DNA of 64,000 nucleotides from positions 1 to 64,000 of the forward strand of contig CALVWJ010000001.1 in NCBI GenBank assembly GCA_944366945.1. Reading direction: 5' to 3'. The notes beneath the pieces are model-generated. The model made no database searches. It worked only from the letters and a program-made list of their open reading frames with translations, and was not told where the DNA came from. This DNA comes from an uncultured Clostridia bacterium. GTDB taxonomy: Bacteria > Bacillota > Clostridia > Christensenellales > CAG-138. Shown in pieces: positions 39,917 through 50,870 of the stretch (positions are counted from its first letter, which is position 1; the number at the start of each line of letters is the position of its first letter). A program made the translations under genes and the position numbers.

Positions 39917-40945
39917 ATGAAAGAATTGTTTGAAGCGCTGCGGGATGCAATCGCTCGCGGCGAGGATGCGGTACTCTGCACGATTGTTGCAAGCTCCGGC
40001 TCCACACCGCGGGGCAGCGGTGCGAGAATGGCAGTTTTTGCGGATGGCACAACGCGCGGGACTGTCGGCGGCGGCGCGGTGGAGCATGAGAGCGTTGCGC
40101 TTGCCCGGCAGGCGCTTGCACGCCGATGCGCGCTTACTCAAGGATTCCACCTTGCACCGAACCAGGTTGCAGACATCGGCATGGTATGCGGCGGGCAGGT
40201 AGTGGTTGCGTTCCAATTCTTTGCCGGTGGGGATGCGGCTGCGCAGGCATTGTTTTCGTATCTTGCAGCGCTGTTTCAAATGCACCGGGATGCGTGGTTG
40301 GTCACGAAGCTTGCAAACGGTGTCGCCGTAGAGTTGGGCGTTTATACGCGCGAAGAAGGACTTCTGTTTGCAGAGGATATTCCAGAGGCGGAGATTCTCC
40401 CGCTCCTTGGGCCGCGCGTAGCGCGCACGCAAGGGGAACCCTGCTATTGCGTGGAACCGCTGACCCGCGCCGGGTTCGTTTATGTGTTCGGCGGAGGACA
40501 TGTTTCGCAGGCGCTTGTGCCAGTGCTCTCCAAGATCGAGTTTTCCATAGTGGTATATGAAGACAGGGAACGCTTTGCGAGCCCTGCGCGTTTCCCCGAT
40601 GCAGCACGCATCCTCGTTGCGCCATTTGCGGAGGCGGCTGCCCGCGTTTCCATAACGCCGAATGATTATGCCGTTATTATGACGCGGGGGCATCAAGCGG
40701 ACTTTGCAGTGCTTGTACAGATGCTTCGAACCCCTGCCTCATACATCGGCATGATCGGAAGCCGGCATAAAATCGCAGCAACACATGCGCGGCTGCTTGC
40801 GGCTGGCATCCCGGAGGCGGAATTTGCGCGTATCCATTCGCCGATCGGACTGCCCATCGGCGCGGAAACGCCGGAAGAGATTGCGATCAGCATTGCGGCG
40901 GAACTGATCGCGCATCGTGCCAATGCGCGGAGGGGAGAGGCATGA
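39917..40945 (+). CDS. xdhC: XdhC/CoxI family molybdenum cofactor insertion/sulfuration accessory protein
   Basis: N-terminal XdhC_CoxI region (AVLCTIVASSGSTPRGSGARM) and C-terminal Rossmann domain (VFGGGHVSQALV...IGSR.K). Confidence 0.7.
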   Translation: MKELFEALRDAIARGEDAVLCTIVASSGSTPRGSGARMAVFADGTTRGTVGGGAVEHESVALARQALARRCALTQGFHLAPNQVADIGMVCGGQVVVAFQFFAGGDAAAQALFSYLAALFQMHRDAWLVTKLANGVAVELGVYTREEGLLFAEDIPEAEILPLLGPRVARTQGEPCYCVEPLTRAGFVYVFGGGHVSQALVPVLSKIEFSIVVYEDRERFASPARFPDAARILVAPFAEAAARVSITPNDYAVIMTRGHQADFAVLVQMLRTPASYIGMIGSRHKIAATHARLLAAGIPEAEFARIHSPIGLPIGAETPEEIAISIAAELIAHRANARRGEA

Positions 40946-41496
40946 TACAAAAGCGCCATATCCTTTTGACCGGCGCGCGCGGTGCCGGAAAGAGTACGCT
41001 GATACGAAAGCTCTGCGCTGCAAGCGGCATGCCGGTTTATGGATTCGTTACAAAACGGGAAGCAGCGGATGCCGCAGGATTTCATCCTATTTATATTCAC
41101 CCAGCAGGCGCTTTGGAGGCCGACCGTCGCTACGAGGCAGCAAACCTAACGGGAACCTGCAACAGCAAAGTGCATAGGGTACACCTTGAAGCATTCGATG
41201 TTTTGGGCGCAGCATATCTAAATGCCGCGCAGCCGGGCGGCATTCTTGTAATGGATGAGCTGGGCTTTATGGAGGCGGAAGCGCAGGCGTTCCAAAAGGC
41301 TGTGTTCGATGCCCTTGCAGGCACGGTGCCCGTGCTTGCAGCGATAAAGGATCGGGAGGATGTGCCGTTTTTGCAGGCGGTGCGCGCGCATCCAAATGCA
41401 CTGCTTTATACCGTCACACCAAAAACAAGGGATATGCTCTTTGAAACACTGCTCCCGCAGGTGCTGGCTTGGCGGGAAACAGATCCGTTACAGTAA
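40942..41496 (+). CDS. THEP1-like nucleoside-triphosphatase (P-loop NTPase)
   Basis: Walker A ILLTGARGAGKSTLI and Walker B VMDELG. Start overlaps the xdhC stop. Confidence 0.55.
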   Translation: MIQKRHILLTGARGAGKSTLIRKLCAASGMPVYGFVTKREAADAAGFHPIYIHPAGALEADRRYEAANLTGTCNSKVHRVHLEAFDVLGAAYLNAAQPGGILVMDELGFMEAEAQAFQKAVFDALAGTVPVLAAIKDREDVPFLQAVRAHPNALLYTVTPKTRDMLFETLLPQVLAWRETDPLQ

Positions 41497-41510
41497 TTTA
41501 AATGCAGGGA

Positions 41511-41539
41511 AAACGCCCGATTCTGGCCGGGCGTTTTCG
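41511..41539 (+). terminator. Rho-independent terminator after the NTPase gene
   Basis: aacgcccg-attctggc-cgggcgtt followed by ttcg. Confidence 0.5.
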
Positions 41540-42136
41540 AATATTGGGAACTCCTTTGGTCTAACACTGCACCCGTGCACACGGCGGGAAATAATGGAAG
41601 GAATTTTTCTGCTTTAAACGCTTTTGCGTTTGATTCCCCGCACCCCTCGTTCTGCCGGGAAAGCAGTCCGTGCCACTCGCACAGGGCCGCAAAAGCCTCT
41701 CTGCAAAGGCTTTGCTGGCTGTTTTCCGCCCGCGGAATCAAGCGCAAGGCGGCATGCCTTGCCGGGGATAGCCATGGACGAAGCTTGGATGCAGGACATA
41801 GCGGAAGAAACACGCCGATATAGGGCATTCCCAAAGAACACAGCTTAGACCGCCCCAAAACAGATGCGGATACGAAGATGCACTATGGCCGGTGTGTCAT
41901 AAAAAGAACCTAAGGCTTCTACGAGATTGTCATGCAGGCCGCCCAGCTTGACTCGGGAGCGCACCGCCATCCTCAGACAGAGCAAATTGCAGCGCCCGGC
42001 TTTGGCCGAGCGCTGCAATGGAAGGATATTTCCCAGAAAATTAAAATGGACGCACGCCATTGCCATAGGCGAAATCCTAAAAATGGCTTTCGATATGAAC
42101 GCCTGGGCGCACACTGCAGAATGCTTTTGCAGGCGC

Positions 42137-43285
42137 TTATGCACCGAGGTAGCTCAATAGGAACGCGAGCATCGTGCGCAGGCCATCGGGCAAGCTTGCA
42201 AGCTCAATAAACTCCTCGCGCGTATGCGCGCCGCTGCCGCGGTAGATGCCCGTGCTCAAAGCAGGGATCCCACAGGAAAACGGGATGTTGCAATCGGTGG
42301 AGCTGGAATGGAAGGAGGGCGTGAGCCCGGTTTCCGACTGGAGTGCTGCCGTCATGCGCGCTTCGAGCGCCTGCTGGCGCGCAGGATCCACTTCGCCCAT
42401 GCAGGGGCGCTCACCCAGCAGAGTCACTTCTACTGCGATGCCCATGTTGCGGTAAGCGGCAACGACGCTTTCAAACATTGCTTTCATTTGATCGAGGCAG
42501 CTGCGGCAATCGGAACGGTATTCATAGAGCATGGAAGCTTCCTGCGCAATGGTATTCACAGAAGTGCCGCCTTCGATGCTGCCCACATTGTAGGTGGTTT
42601 TGCTGTTGCCTTCGGCGGGTGGCTTTACGGCATAGAGCGTGTTGATCATGGAAGCAAGCATGTGGATCGCATTGCGGTTGCCAAAAGCCCCAAAGGAGTG
42701 GCCGCCTTCCGTGCGAACTGTGACCCGATAACGGGCGCTGCCGACCGCTTTGTTGCAAACGCTGCCCAGCGAGCCATCAAACGAGATCACTTCCCGCACG
42801 CGGCCCGCATAATCCTGCATCAGCTGACGGCAGCCCTTTAGGTTCCCGAGCCCTTCCTCGCAGGAATTGGCCACGAACAGGAACCCGCAATCCGCCGTTT
42901 GCGGCTGAGCATTGAAATAGCGCGCTGCAAGCATGAGCGCGGCAAGGTTTGCCGTGTCATCCCCAACGCCCGGGCAATAAAGCCTGCCGTTTTCCTGGCG
43001 CATGGGCATGGGCTCTAAATCGGGAAAAACGGTGTCCGTATGCGCCATAAAGACCACCACTTCGCGGTTAGGCGCGCAATGAACCGGCGCAATCACGTTT
43101 TGCGCCGCGTCGATCGTAACGCCCGAAAAGCCGTTCTTCTCAAACCAGTTCTTAATGAATGCCGCGCGTTGCCCTTCCTGGTGCGAAGGCGCAGGAATCT
43201 TGCAAAGCTCCTTGATCAGCGCAACAAGCACATCCTCCTGTTCGCGCGCATAGGCACGCGCCGCTTCCAAACGTTGCAACTCCAT
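42137..43285 (-). CDS. M20 family metallopeptidase (peptidase T/ArgE/DapE-like)
   Basis: Metal-binding motifs HTDTV and GVGDD, plus the dimerisation-domain pattern. Confidence 0.8.
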   Translation of the reverse strand: MELQRLEAARAYAREQEDVLVALIKELCKIPAPSHQEGQRAAFIKNWFEKNGFSGVTIDAAQNVIAPVHCAPNREVVVFMAHTDTVFPDLEPMPMRQENGRLYCPGVGDDTANLAALMLAARYFNAQPQTADCGFLFVANSCEEGLGNLKGCRQLMQDYAGRVREVISFDGSLGSVCNKAVGSARYRVTVRTEGGHSFGAFGNRNAIHMLASMINTLYAVKPPAEGNSKTTYNVGSIEGGTSVNTIAQEASMLYEYRSDCRSCLDQMKAMFESVVAAYRNMGIAVEVTLLGERPCMGEVDPARQQALEARMTAALQSETGLTPSFHSSSTDCNIPFSCGIPALSTGIYRGSGAHTREEFIELASLPDGLRTMLAFLLSYLGA

Positions 43286-43321
43286 TGGAAATCCTCCTTG
43301 TATTATGAAATGAAACCCTTC

Positions 43322-43654
43322 TTAGCAAAGCTCTGCCATGCTCCAATCTGCAAGCCGATCCAGGATGGGCATGAGCGTTTCGGCCCGTGCGGTTAAACTG
43401 TATTCCACGCGCACGGGGACTTCAAGATATTCTTGCCGCGCAACGAGTCCATCCTGCTCAAGCTCCTTAAGCGCTGCGGAGAGCACGGTATTGGAAACAC
43501 CATCAAGGCTTTTGCGCAACGCGTTATAGCGGGAAGTCCCGTTGTTATGCAACGAACAGAGAATCTGCATTTTCCATTTTCCGCCGATGAGGCCGAGGGC
43601 CCGGTTGAGCGGGCAGGTTTCCATGCAGGGACAGTTGGGATGCGCAGCTTCCAT
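43322..43654 (-). CDS. HxlR family winged-helix transcriptional regulator
   Basis: CPLNRALGLIGGKWKMQIL...VEYSLT signature. Divergent from a LysE exporter. Confidence 0.7.
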   Translation of the reverse strand: MEAAHPNCPCMETCPLNRALGLIGGKWKMQILCSLHNNGTSRYNALRKSLDGVSNTVLSAALKELEQDGLVARQEYLEVPVRVEYSLTARAETLMPILDRLADWSMAELC

Positions 43655-43768
43655 GCGGTAAGCACCTCCTAAGTTGGTTAGCGGGAACTGCGTTCTTGCG
43701 GAACGCAAAAAAACTATTATAATAATAGCAGGTTAGGAAAACGGAGTAAAGCCGGAAAGGGGAAACCA

Positions 43769-44389
43769 ATGGAATTCTATTTGCAGGGGCTGACGATTGG
43801 CCTTGCTTATGTTGCACCGATCGGCCTGCAGAACCTGTTTGTCATCAATTCCGCGCTCACCCAAAAGCGCGGCAGGGCGTATTTGACTGCGCTGATCGTT
43901 ACGTTTTTCGATGTCACGCTGATGCTTGCATGCTTTTTCGGCGTTGGTGCATTGATGGAGCGCTTTCGCTGGCTCCAGCTTGCGATCCTGCTTGTGGGAA
44001 GCTTGATCGTATGCTGGATCGGCATTGGCCTGCTGCGCAGCAAGGCGACGCTCGATACAAGCCGGGCCAATGTCAACGTATCCGTTCTGCAGCTTGCAGG
44101 GAAAGCCTGCGTGGTAACCTGGTTTAACCCGCAGGCGCTCATCGATGGCACCATGCTCTTTGGCGCGTTCCATGCCTCACTCCCCGCCGGGCTTGAGCTA
44201 CCCTTCGTGCTGGGGGCTGCTTCTGCATCGATCCTGTGGTTTTCCGGCATCACTACGCTCATTACGCTTTTCAGCGCAAAATTCAACGACAAGGTGCTGC
44301 GTTGGATCAACATTGTCTGCGGCTGCGTCATCATCTTTTACGGGCTGAAGCTGCTTTATAACTTCGTGCAGATGGTTATGGGCATGTAA
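43769..44389 (+). CDS. LysE/RhtB family amino-acid exporter
   Basis: Six TM. N-terminal GLTIGLAYVAPIGLQN motif. Confidence 0.8.
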   Translation: MEFYLQGLTIGLAYVAPIGLQNLFVINSALTQKRGRAYLTALIVTFFDVTLMLACFFGVGALMERFRWLQLAILLVGSLIVCWIGIGLLRSKATLDTSRANVNVSVLQLAGKACVVTWFNPQALIDGTMLFGAFHASLPAGLELPFVLGAASASILWFSGITTLITLFSAKFNDKVLRWINIVCGCVIIFYGLKLLYNFVQMVMGM

Positions 44390-44579
44390 AGCGCAAGATT
44401 CTCCATATCTGGGTGAAAAACATGCATGCATGAAGATCGGCAGGCAACGATGCTTGGAGCAAGAAACAAGCATTTGGAAAGTTCGATGGCTGTGAAACGG
44501 TTTTGCGCTTTTTGCCTACATTTTCGTTCATATGGAAACGGGCAGCAAAAAGCTGCCCGTCTGTTTTTGCCATATTCAA

Positions 44580-45671
44580 TTAAGCGAAGATCCTTGCATA
44601 GAGCGCTTCCAGATGCGGCGGATCCAGCGGCGTGCCCGTGTTGCGTGCGCCGCCCTGCGCGGCTGTCTGCTCCGCCCAAAGGGGGAACATGGTGCGATCC
44701 GGCGTGAAATCGATTGGGTAATTGCGCTGCACATAAGCGGTAAGCTCTGCCTGGGACATGCCGAGCGCATTCAACGCGGCAGCGAGGCGGTCCGGCCGGT
44801 GCTCGGCCACCTCCTCGACATATACTGGGAGGGCAAAGGCGTTCGCAAGGCCATGCGCGGTTCCATGGAAATAGGTAAAAGGATATGCGATGGAATGCAT
44901 GAGCGTGGTGCCCGTTTGGGAGATGGTTACGCCGCCAAGCAGCGAAACAAGCATGAGCGCATCGCGTAAGGAAACCACATCGCCAGCCTCAAGCTGCGGC
45001 ATCAACGCCCTAAAGCGGGAAAGCGCATAAAAGTTCAGCGCATCCGTGAGCGGGGTAGCTTTAAGCGAAATCACGCTTTCAAGGCAATGCGTAAAGGCAT
45101 CCATCGCAGTGCTGCGCGTGATGGCCAGAGGCAGATTGTCGGTATAGGTTGGATCCAGCAGCGCAACGCGGGGATAGGTTTGCAGGCTGCCAAAGGAACG
45201 CTTGGTTTTTACGGCGTGATAGGTCATCACGGACCAGGGCGTGGCCTCGCTCCCGGTGCCCGAGGTGGTTGGCACTGCCACAATCGGAAGGACTGCATTT
45301 TCATAGGAATTGGTAAAAAGCTGCTCAGCGGGAATGTCGTTTGCAGCAAATACGGCTACGGCTTTTGCTGCATCAAGCGGAGAACCGCCGCCAATGCCGA
45401 TGATGAAATCCGCATGGTATGCCCGCGCCTGCGCACCGACGGCACGGCACTGCTCCACATCGGGATTGTTGCCAATGCCTTCAAACACACTGCATTCGAT
45501 TTTTTCATGGGTGAGCGCAGCGATCACATCGGCAAGGGCGCCGCTGGCACGCCCAGAGCGCTTGCCAGTTACAACAAACGCGCGTGCGCCCAAACGCAAT
45601 GCAGCGCTGTTGCGCTGCACAATACCGCGGCCAAAATGAATATCTGTTGGAAAGCGGAACCCAAATTCCAT
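44580..45671 (-). CDS. Iron-containing (group III) alcohol dehydrogenase
   Basis: GGGSPLD(A)AK NAD-binding motif and metal-binding His cluster. Confidence 0.85.
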   Translation of the reverse strand: MEFGFRFPTDIHFGRGIVQRNSAALRLGARAFVVTGKRSGRASGALADVIAALTHEKIECSVFEGIGNNPDVEQCRAVGAQARAYHADFIIGIGGGSPLDAAKAVAVFAANDIPAEQLFTNSYENAVLPIVAVPTTSGTGSEATPWSVMTYHAVKTKRSFGSLQTYPRVALLDPTYTDNLPLAITRSTAMDAFTHCLESVISLKATPLTDALNFYALSRFRALMPQLEAGDVVSLRDALMLVSLLGGVTISQTGTTLMHSIAYPFTYFHGTAHGLANAFALPVYVEEVAEHRPDRLAAALNALGMSQAELTAYVQRNYPIDFTPDRTMFPLWAEQTAAQGGARNTGTPLDPPHLEALYARIFA

Positions 45672-45725
45672 AAAAACCTCCGGGATGGCATCAAATATGC
45701 ATAATTATACCATCCCGAAGAAAGT

Positions 45726-46427
45726 TTAGCAAGCGGCAGCAAGATGATCCGAAGCAAAATCCGTAAACGCCTGGCAAACCAGCTGGTAACCAGCTTCGCT
45801 TGGGTGCACGCCGTCGATGCAGATGAGGTCGCGGAAGCGCGGCTGATCCAGAAAATAACTACGCACATCCACCAGCGGGCAATCCGTTTCTTCTGCAATG
45901 TGCACAATGGCGTTGGAGTAAGATTCATGGAAGCGGTAAATGCGCTGCACATCTCCAAGCCAGCGAAGGATCTGTTTCGGGTCGTTCCCATTGCGTCCTA
46001 GAAAGGCAAGGTAGCGCTCCGCATCAATCGGCGGCAGGGTCATGAGCACCGGCTGGATATTTGCCTGCTTTAAATCGCGCACCATGCTGCGGTAGGTTTC
46101 CTTGAACTTGGAAAGCTGCGTGATCGGCTTGTGCTCCGACTCGGGCAGCACGGAAATCTCATTCCATTTGAAGTTGCAGTCGTTCCCGCCAAACTCTACG
46201 AGCGCATAATCGCATGCAATGCCCTTTTCCAGGTCCTGGCGGAGCAGGGAATATCCTTTTTCTACTGTAATGCCGAAGCGTGAACGGTTTTCTGTTTCCA
46301 CGGCAAAGCGCTCGCGGAATTTTGCAAGGTATTCTTCCATTAGGGCATGATAGCGGTAAGCGCGGTCGATCACCGTGCCCTTCATTACAGAATCCCCATA
46401 GATTCTTGCTTTGAGCGTCATTTTCAT
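45726..46427 (-). CDS. SGNH/GDSL family hydrolase
   Basis: IYGDSV block I, GGND block III and DGVHPS block V. Confidence 0.65.
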   Translation of the reverse strand: MKMTLKARIYGDSVMKGTVIDRAYRYHALMEEYLAKFRERFAVETENRSRFGITVEKGYSLLRQDLEKGIACDYALVEFGGNDCNFKWNEISVLPESEHKPITQLSKFKETYRSMVRDLKQANIQPVLMTLPPIDAERYLAFLGRNGNDPKQILRWLGDVQRIYRFHESYSNAIVHIAEETDCPLVDVRSYFLDQPRFRDLICIDGVHPSEAGYQLVCQAFTDFASDHLAAAC

Positions 46428-46613
46428 ATGCGCCACCTCCTATGCCATAGTATCTCCAAATTTTATTAATATTTGCGCCACAATCTGGTATTGAATACTA
46501 GATTAATTAGATTATAATGCCAATCGGACAATAAGTCAAGCTCAATTGACGGTTTCTGCCATGGTATGCTATACTTTTCAAAAATGTGCGGATGTGCAGG
46601 TAGGAGGAGCAGG

Positions 46614-47228
46614 ATGCGGATTACGGCGGAACAGGCAGGGAAGTTCCATTGCCCGCGCTGGGAGGAGCTTCCGAAGCTGATGCTCTACATGGATCAAGTG
46701 ATCCTTGTGCTGGAGGAAACGCTCTCGCTGTTTGTGGAAGAAAAGGAACATGTTGTAACCTCCACGATGATCAACAACTACGTCAAGCAGAAGGTCATCG
46801 AACCGCCGGTTCAGAAGAAATATGGGCGGGAGCAGCTCGCGCAGCTGATGATCGTTTGCCTCTTGAAAAAGGTGCTTTCCATCAGTGAGATCGCAAGTCT
46901 CATGGAGCTGATGCAGAGGCAGCTCTCGCCGCAGGAAGCATATGATAGCTTTTGCAGCGCACTTGAAAACGCGTTGGCTAAGGCTTTCGCGCAAGAACAG
47001 CGCGAGGTGCCGGCCATCGCAAGCGGAGACCCGATTTTGGTTGCGCAGAGCGCAGCGCTTGCCGCGCTCATGGGCAAACTCGTTGTGGAGGATTGCCTTG
47101 CCACGCAGGCAACTGCGCAGCCGCATGCTGCAAAAAGCGCAGCCTCTGCGAAGCAGGCGCCGCAGAAAGCGGGGACGCAAGCAGCCAAGCGGCAGGGGGG
47201 AGCGGAAGCGCAGCGCGCAAAACCGTGA
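46614..47228 (+). CDS. DUF1836 domain protein (second paralogue in window) with Ala/Gln-rich C-terminal tail
   Basis: GGAGGAG RBS. FHCPRWEELPKLMLYMDQVI and MINNYVKQKVIEPPVQKKYGREQL motifs. Confidence 0.55.
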   Translation: MRITAEQAGKFHCPRWEELPKLMLYMDQVILVLEETLSLFVEEKEHVVTSTMINNYVKQKVIEPPVQKKYGREQLAQLMIVCLLKKVLSISEIASLMELMQRQLSPQEAYDSFCSALENALAKAFAQEQREVPAIASGDPILVAQSAALAALMGKLVVEDCLATQATAQPHAAKSAASAKQAPQKAGTQAAKRQGGAEAQRAKP

Positions 47229-47370
47229 ACAAATTGAAAAAAGCCTTGCATTTGGCCTGGAATTTGAATTGCAAAACGTGTTTGGTTGTGATAAGCTATA
47301 CTGACGGCGGTATGTCCATGGCATGTACATGCTGCGTTCGTGTAGCTTAATTATAATTTCGGAGGGTTTT

Positions 47371-48654
47371 ATGGCAACGATGGAAAAGCTCGAAGGGAGC
47401 AAGGTGAAACTGACGATCGAGATCGCAGCGGATGAATTTGAGAAGGCTGTGCAGGAGGCCTACCTTAAAACGAGGAAAAAGTATAGCGTCCCAGGCTTCC
47501 GCAAGGGGCATGCGCCGCGCAAAGTGATCGAAAATGCATATGGCTGGATCGTATTCTTTGATGATGCGTTCGACCTTGTCTATCCCAATGCATACGAAGC
47601 CGCCGTGCAGGAACATGGCATCACGCCCGTGGACCGGCCAGATGTTTCCATCGTATCCGTTGAACAGGGTGCCCCCATCGTTTTCACGGCGGAAGTGGCT
47701 GTGAAACCCGAAGTTACCCTGGGCGCCTATAAGGGTATAGAAGTAGAGAAGCAGGAGTATAATGTTACGGACGAAATGGTGGAGGCCGAAATCGATAAGG
47801 AGCGCGAAAAGATCGCGAGCACCTCTGAGATCACGGACCGCCCCGTTGCCAATGGCGACAAGATCAACCTCGATTATTCCGGCAGCGTGGATGGCGTGAA
47901 GTTCGAAGGCGGCACTGCGGAAGGCCAGGAGCTGACCATCGGGTCCGGCACGTTTATCCCGGGCTTTGAGGAGCAGCTGGTTGGCATGAACCCCGGCGAG
48001 GAAAAGGACATTACCGTAACCTTCCCGGAAAAGTACCATTCCGAAGAGCTTGCGGGCAAGGAAGCGGTATTCCATGTGAAGGTAAACGCAATCCTTGAAA
48101 CGAACCTTCCCGAGGCGGATGACGAATTCGCAAAGGACGTTTCCGAGTTTGATACCATTGCGGAATTGCGCGCGGACAAACGCAAAAAGCTTGAAGAGGC
48201 CGAAGCTCTCCACGCAAAGAACGTGCGCGAAAATGCGCTGATCACGAAGGCCTGTGAAAATGCCACCGTTGAAATCCCGGAAGCGATGATCGAGCGCCAG
48301 ATTGATCATATGCTCAACGATATCCGCTACCGTTTGAGCATGCAGGGCATCTCGCTTGAGGATTACTGCAAGTATACGGGATCCTCCATCGAAGCGATGC
48401 GCAAAGAAATGCGCGGCGATGCGGAAAAGCGCGTGAAGAGCCAGCTCGTGCTTGAGGCGATCTCCAAGGCGGAGGCCCTCGAGGCGACTGCAGAAGAAAT
48501 CGAGCAGAAGCTTGATGAATATGCCGCCCAGTTTGGCGACAAGGCAGAAAGCTTTAAGAAAGGGTTGACGGAGGAAGATAAGCTCTACTTTGCCGACCAG
48601 ATCGTGCTCGATAAGACCATCGCTCTGCTTTGCGACAACGCGGTGGAAAAATAA
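47371..48654 (+). CDS. tig: Trigger factor
   Basis: N-terminal ribosome-binding GFRKGHAP motif and FKBP-type PPIase domain. GGAGGG RBS. Confidence 0.9.
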   Translation: MATMEKLEGSKVKLTIEIAADEFEKAVQEAYLKTRKKYSVPGFRKGHAPRKVIENAYGWIVFFDDAFDLVYPNAYEAAVQEHGITPVDRPDVSIVSVEQGAPIVFTAEVAVKPEVTLGAYKGIEVEKQEYNVTDEMVEAEIDKEREKIASTSEITDRPVANGDKINLDYSGSVDGVKFEGGTAEGQELTIGSGTFIPGFEEQLVGMNPGEEKDITVTFPEKYHSEELAGKEAVFHVKVNAILETNLPEADDEFAKDVSEFDTIAELRADKRKKLEEAEALHAKNVRENALITKACENATVEIPEAMIERQIDHMLNDIRYRLSMQGISLEDYCKYTGSSIEAMRKEMRGDAEKRVKSQLVLEAISKAEALEATAEEIEQKLDEYAAQFGDKAESFKKGLTEEDKLYFADQIVLDKTIALLCDNAVEK

Positions 48655-48705
48655 GCGGAACCGAAAGGAACGCTGAAGCAATATACGAGTGAAGGAGGAA
48701 GCAAT

Positions 48706-49290
48706 ATGAGCCTCATCCCGATGGTGGTAGAACAATCCAACCGGGGCGAACGTTCCTATGATATCTATTCACGCCTTTTGAAGGACAGGATTGTCTTCCT
48801 TGGAGGTGAGATTACCGATGAGGAGGCCAACCTGGTTGTGGCGCAGCTTCTTTTCCTGGAAGCGGACGATCCGGATAAAGACATCAGCCTTTATATCAAC
48901 AGCCCGGGCGGCTCGGTAACGGCTGGCATGGCGATTTATGACACCATGCAGTACATCAAATGCGATGTTTCTACCATCTGCATTGGCATGGCTGCGAGCA
49001 TGGGTGCGTTCCTGCTTGCAGCGGGCGCAAAAGGGAAGCGCCGGGCGCTTCCCAACAGCGAGATCATGATTCATCAGCCGCTTGGCGGTGCCCGCGGTCA
49101 AGCAACCGATGTGGCTATTCATGCGGAATGGCTGCTGCGCACGAAGAAAAAACTCAATGAGATCCTTGCTGCGCGCACCGGCCAACCCATTGAACGCGTC
49201 CAGGCAGATACGGAACGCGACAATTTCATGGCGGCCGAAGACGCGCTGCGATACGGCCTTATTGACGAAATTATCCCTCCAAGGAGGTAA
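48706..49290 (+). CDS. clpP: ATP-dependent Clp protease proteolytic subunit
   Basis: Catalytic triad context GMAASMG, HQP. Confidence 0.95.
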   Translation: MSLIPMVVEQSNRGERSYDIYSRLLKDRIVFLGGEITDEEANLVVAQLLFLEADDPDKDISLYINSPGGSVTAGMAIYDTMQYIKCDVSTICIGMAASMGAFLLAAGAKGKRRALPNSEIMIHQPLGGARGQATDVAIHAEWLLRTKKKLNEILAARTGQPIERVQADTERDNFMAAEDALRYGLIDEIIPPRR

Positions 49291-49294
49291 AGGA

Positions 49295-50560
49295 ATGGCA
49301 AAATATGACGAGAAAGGCTCCGTAAAATGCTCGTTCTGCGGGAAATCGCAGGATGAGGTGCACCGGGTTATCGCGGGGCCGGGCGTCTACATTTGCAGCG
49401 AATGCATTGAGCTTTGCCGCGAAATCCTGGAAGACGATGTGGATACCGCGCCGGTAGACCTTGCGGATATCCCAAAACCGCATGATATTGCTGCGATATT
49501 GGATCAATATGTAATTGGCCAGCAGGATGCAAAGCGCGCTTTGGCGGTTGCGGTATATAATCATTATAAGCGCATCAATGCGGGCGAATCCAACGATGAT
49601 GTTGAGCTGCAAAAAAGCAACATCATTATGTTGGGGCCTACCGGCTGCGGCAAAACCATGCTGGCACAGACGCTTGCAAAGATCCTCAACGTGCCGTTTG
49701 CCATGGCGGATGCCACCTCGCTGACCGAGGCGGGCTATGTGGGCGAGGATGTGGAAAACATTCTGCTCAAGCTGATCCAGGCTGCGGATTTTGATGTGGA
49801 GCGCGCGGAGAAGGGCATCATCTATATCGACGAGATCGACAAGATTGCCCGTAAGAGCGAGAACACATCCATCACGCGCGATGTTTCCGGCGAGGGTGTG
49901 CAACAGGCGCTTTTAAAGATTTTGGAAGGCACAGTTGCAAGCGTGCCGCCGCAGGGCGGGCGCAAGCATCCACACCAGGAATTCATCCAGATTGACACCA
50001 CAAAGATCCTGTTCATCTGTGGCGGCGCGTTTGCGGGCATTGAGGATATCATTTCCAAACGCACGGGCAAGAAGATCATGGGCTTTGGCGCTGATGTGCA
50101 ATCCAACGTGGAAAAAGATGTGGGAGCAATCCTCAAGAACATCTTGCCGGAAGACCTGCTCAAGTTCGGTTTGATCCCCGAATTTGTGGGCCGCATGCCC
50201 ATCATCGTGACGCTGCATCAGCTGGATCAAGATGCGCTCATCGACATTTTGACGAAGCCGAAAAACGCGCTTACGCGGCAGTACAAGAGGCTGTTTGAAA
50301 TGGATGGGGTAGAGCTTGTGTTCGAGGATGATGCGCTGGTTGAAATCGCGAAAAAGGCGATTGAGCGCAAAACCGGTGCGCGCGGCCTGCGCGCAATCTG
50401 CGAGGAAGTGATGCTCGATATCATGTATGATATTCCATCCCGCACGGATGTCAAGCGCTGCATCATCACCAAGGATGTCATCGATAAGATCGCACCGCCT
50501 CGTTTCGAACTGACGGCAGCAGAGCCCGCTGCGGCACTGCCCGAAGGCAATGCGGTATAA
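49295..50560 (+). CDS. clpX: ATP-dependent Clp protease ATP-binding subunit ClpX
   Basis: N-terminal C4 zinc finger CSFCGK...CSEC. Walker [18 protein letters not shown]. Confidence 0.95.
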   Translation: MAKYDEKGSVKCSFCGKSQDEVHRVIAGPGVYICSECIELCREILEDDVDTAPVDLADIPKPHDIAAILDQYVIGQQDAKRALAVAVYNHYKRINAGESNDDVELQKSNIIMLGPTGCGKTMLAQTLAKILNVPFAMADATSLTEAGYVGEDVENILLKLIQAADFDVERAEKGIIYIDEIDKIARKSENTSITRDVSGEGVQQALLKILEGTVASVPPQGGRKHPHQEFIQIDTTKILFICGGAFAGIEDIISKRTGKKIMGFGADVQSNVEKDVGAILKNILPEDLLKFGLIPEFVGRMPIIVTLHQLDQDALIDILTKPKNALTRQYKRLFEMDGVELVFEDDALVEIAKKAIERKTGARGLRAICEEVMLDIMYDIPSRTDVKRCIITKDVIDKIAPPRFELTAAEPAAALPEGNAV

Positions 50561-50870
50561 AGCTTTCATGAAAGTGGAACAAAAGGGCAAGCACGCTTGC
50601 GTGCAAGCCCTTTTCCTTTTGTTGGGGCATGTACGATAATTTGAGAAGGTGGTTGCGGGAAAAGCAGAAGCCTCAACGCATAAAACATGATGGAGGAATG
50701 GCAGGGATTTGCAAAGCATCCTACGCCGAGCCTTGAAAAGCCAAAGTAAAAGAAAAAGCGTAGCTAACCCATGATCGCTAGGACAAAAAGTTGCCAACTC
50801 TTAACTGTTCTATATTTAAAAAAGAAATCCATACTAACGCTACAGACGATGAGAAGCCCGGAGGAATGGT

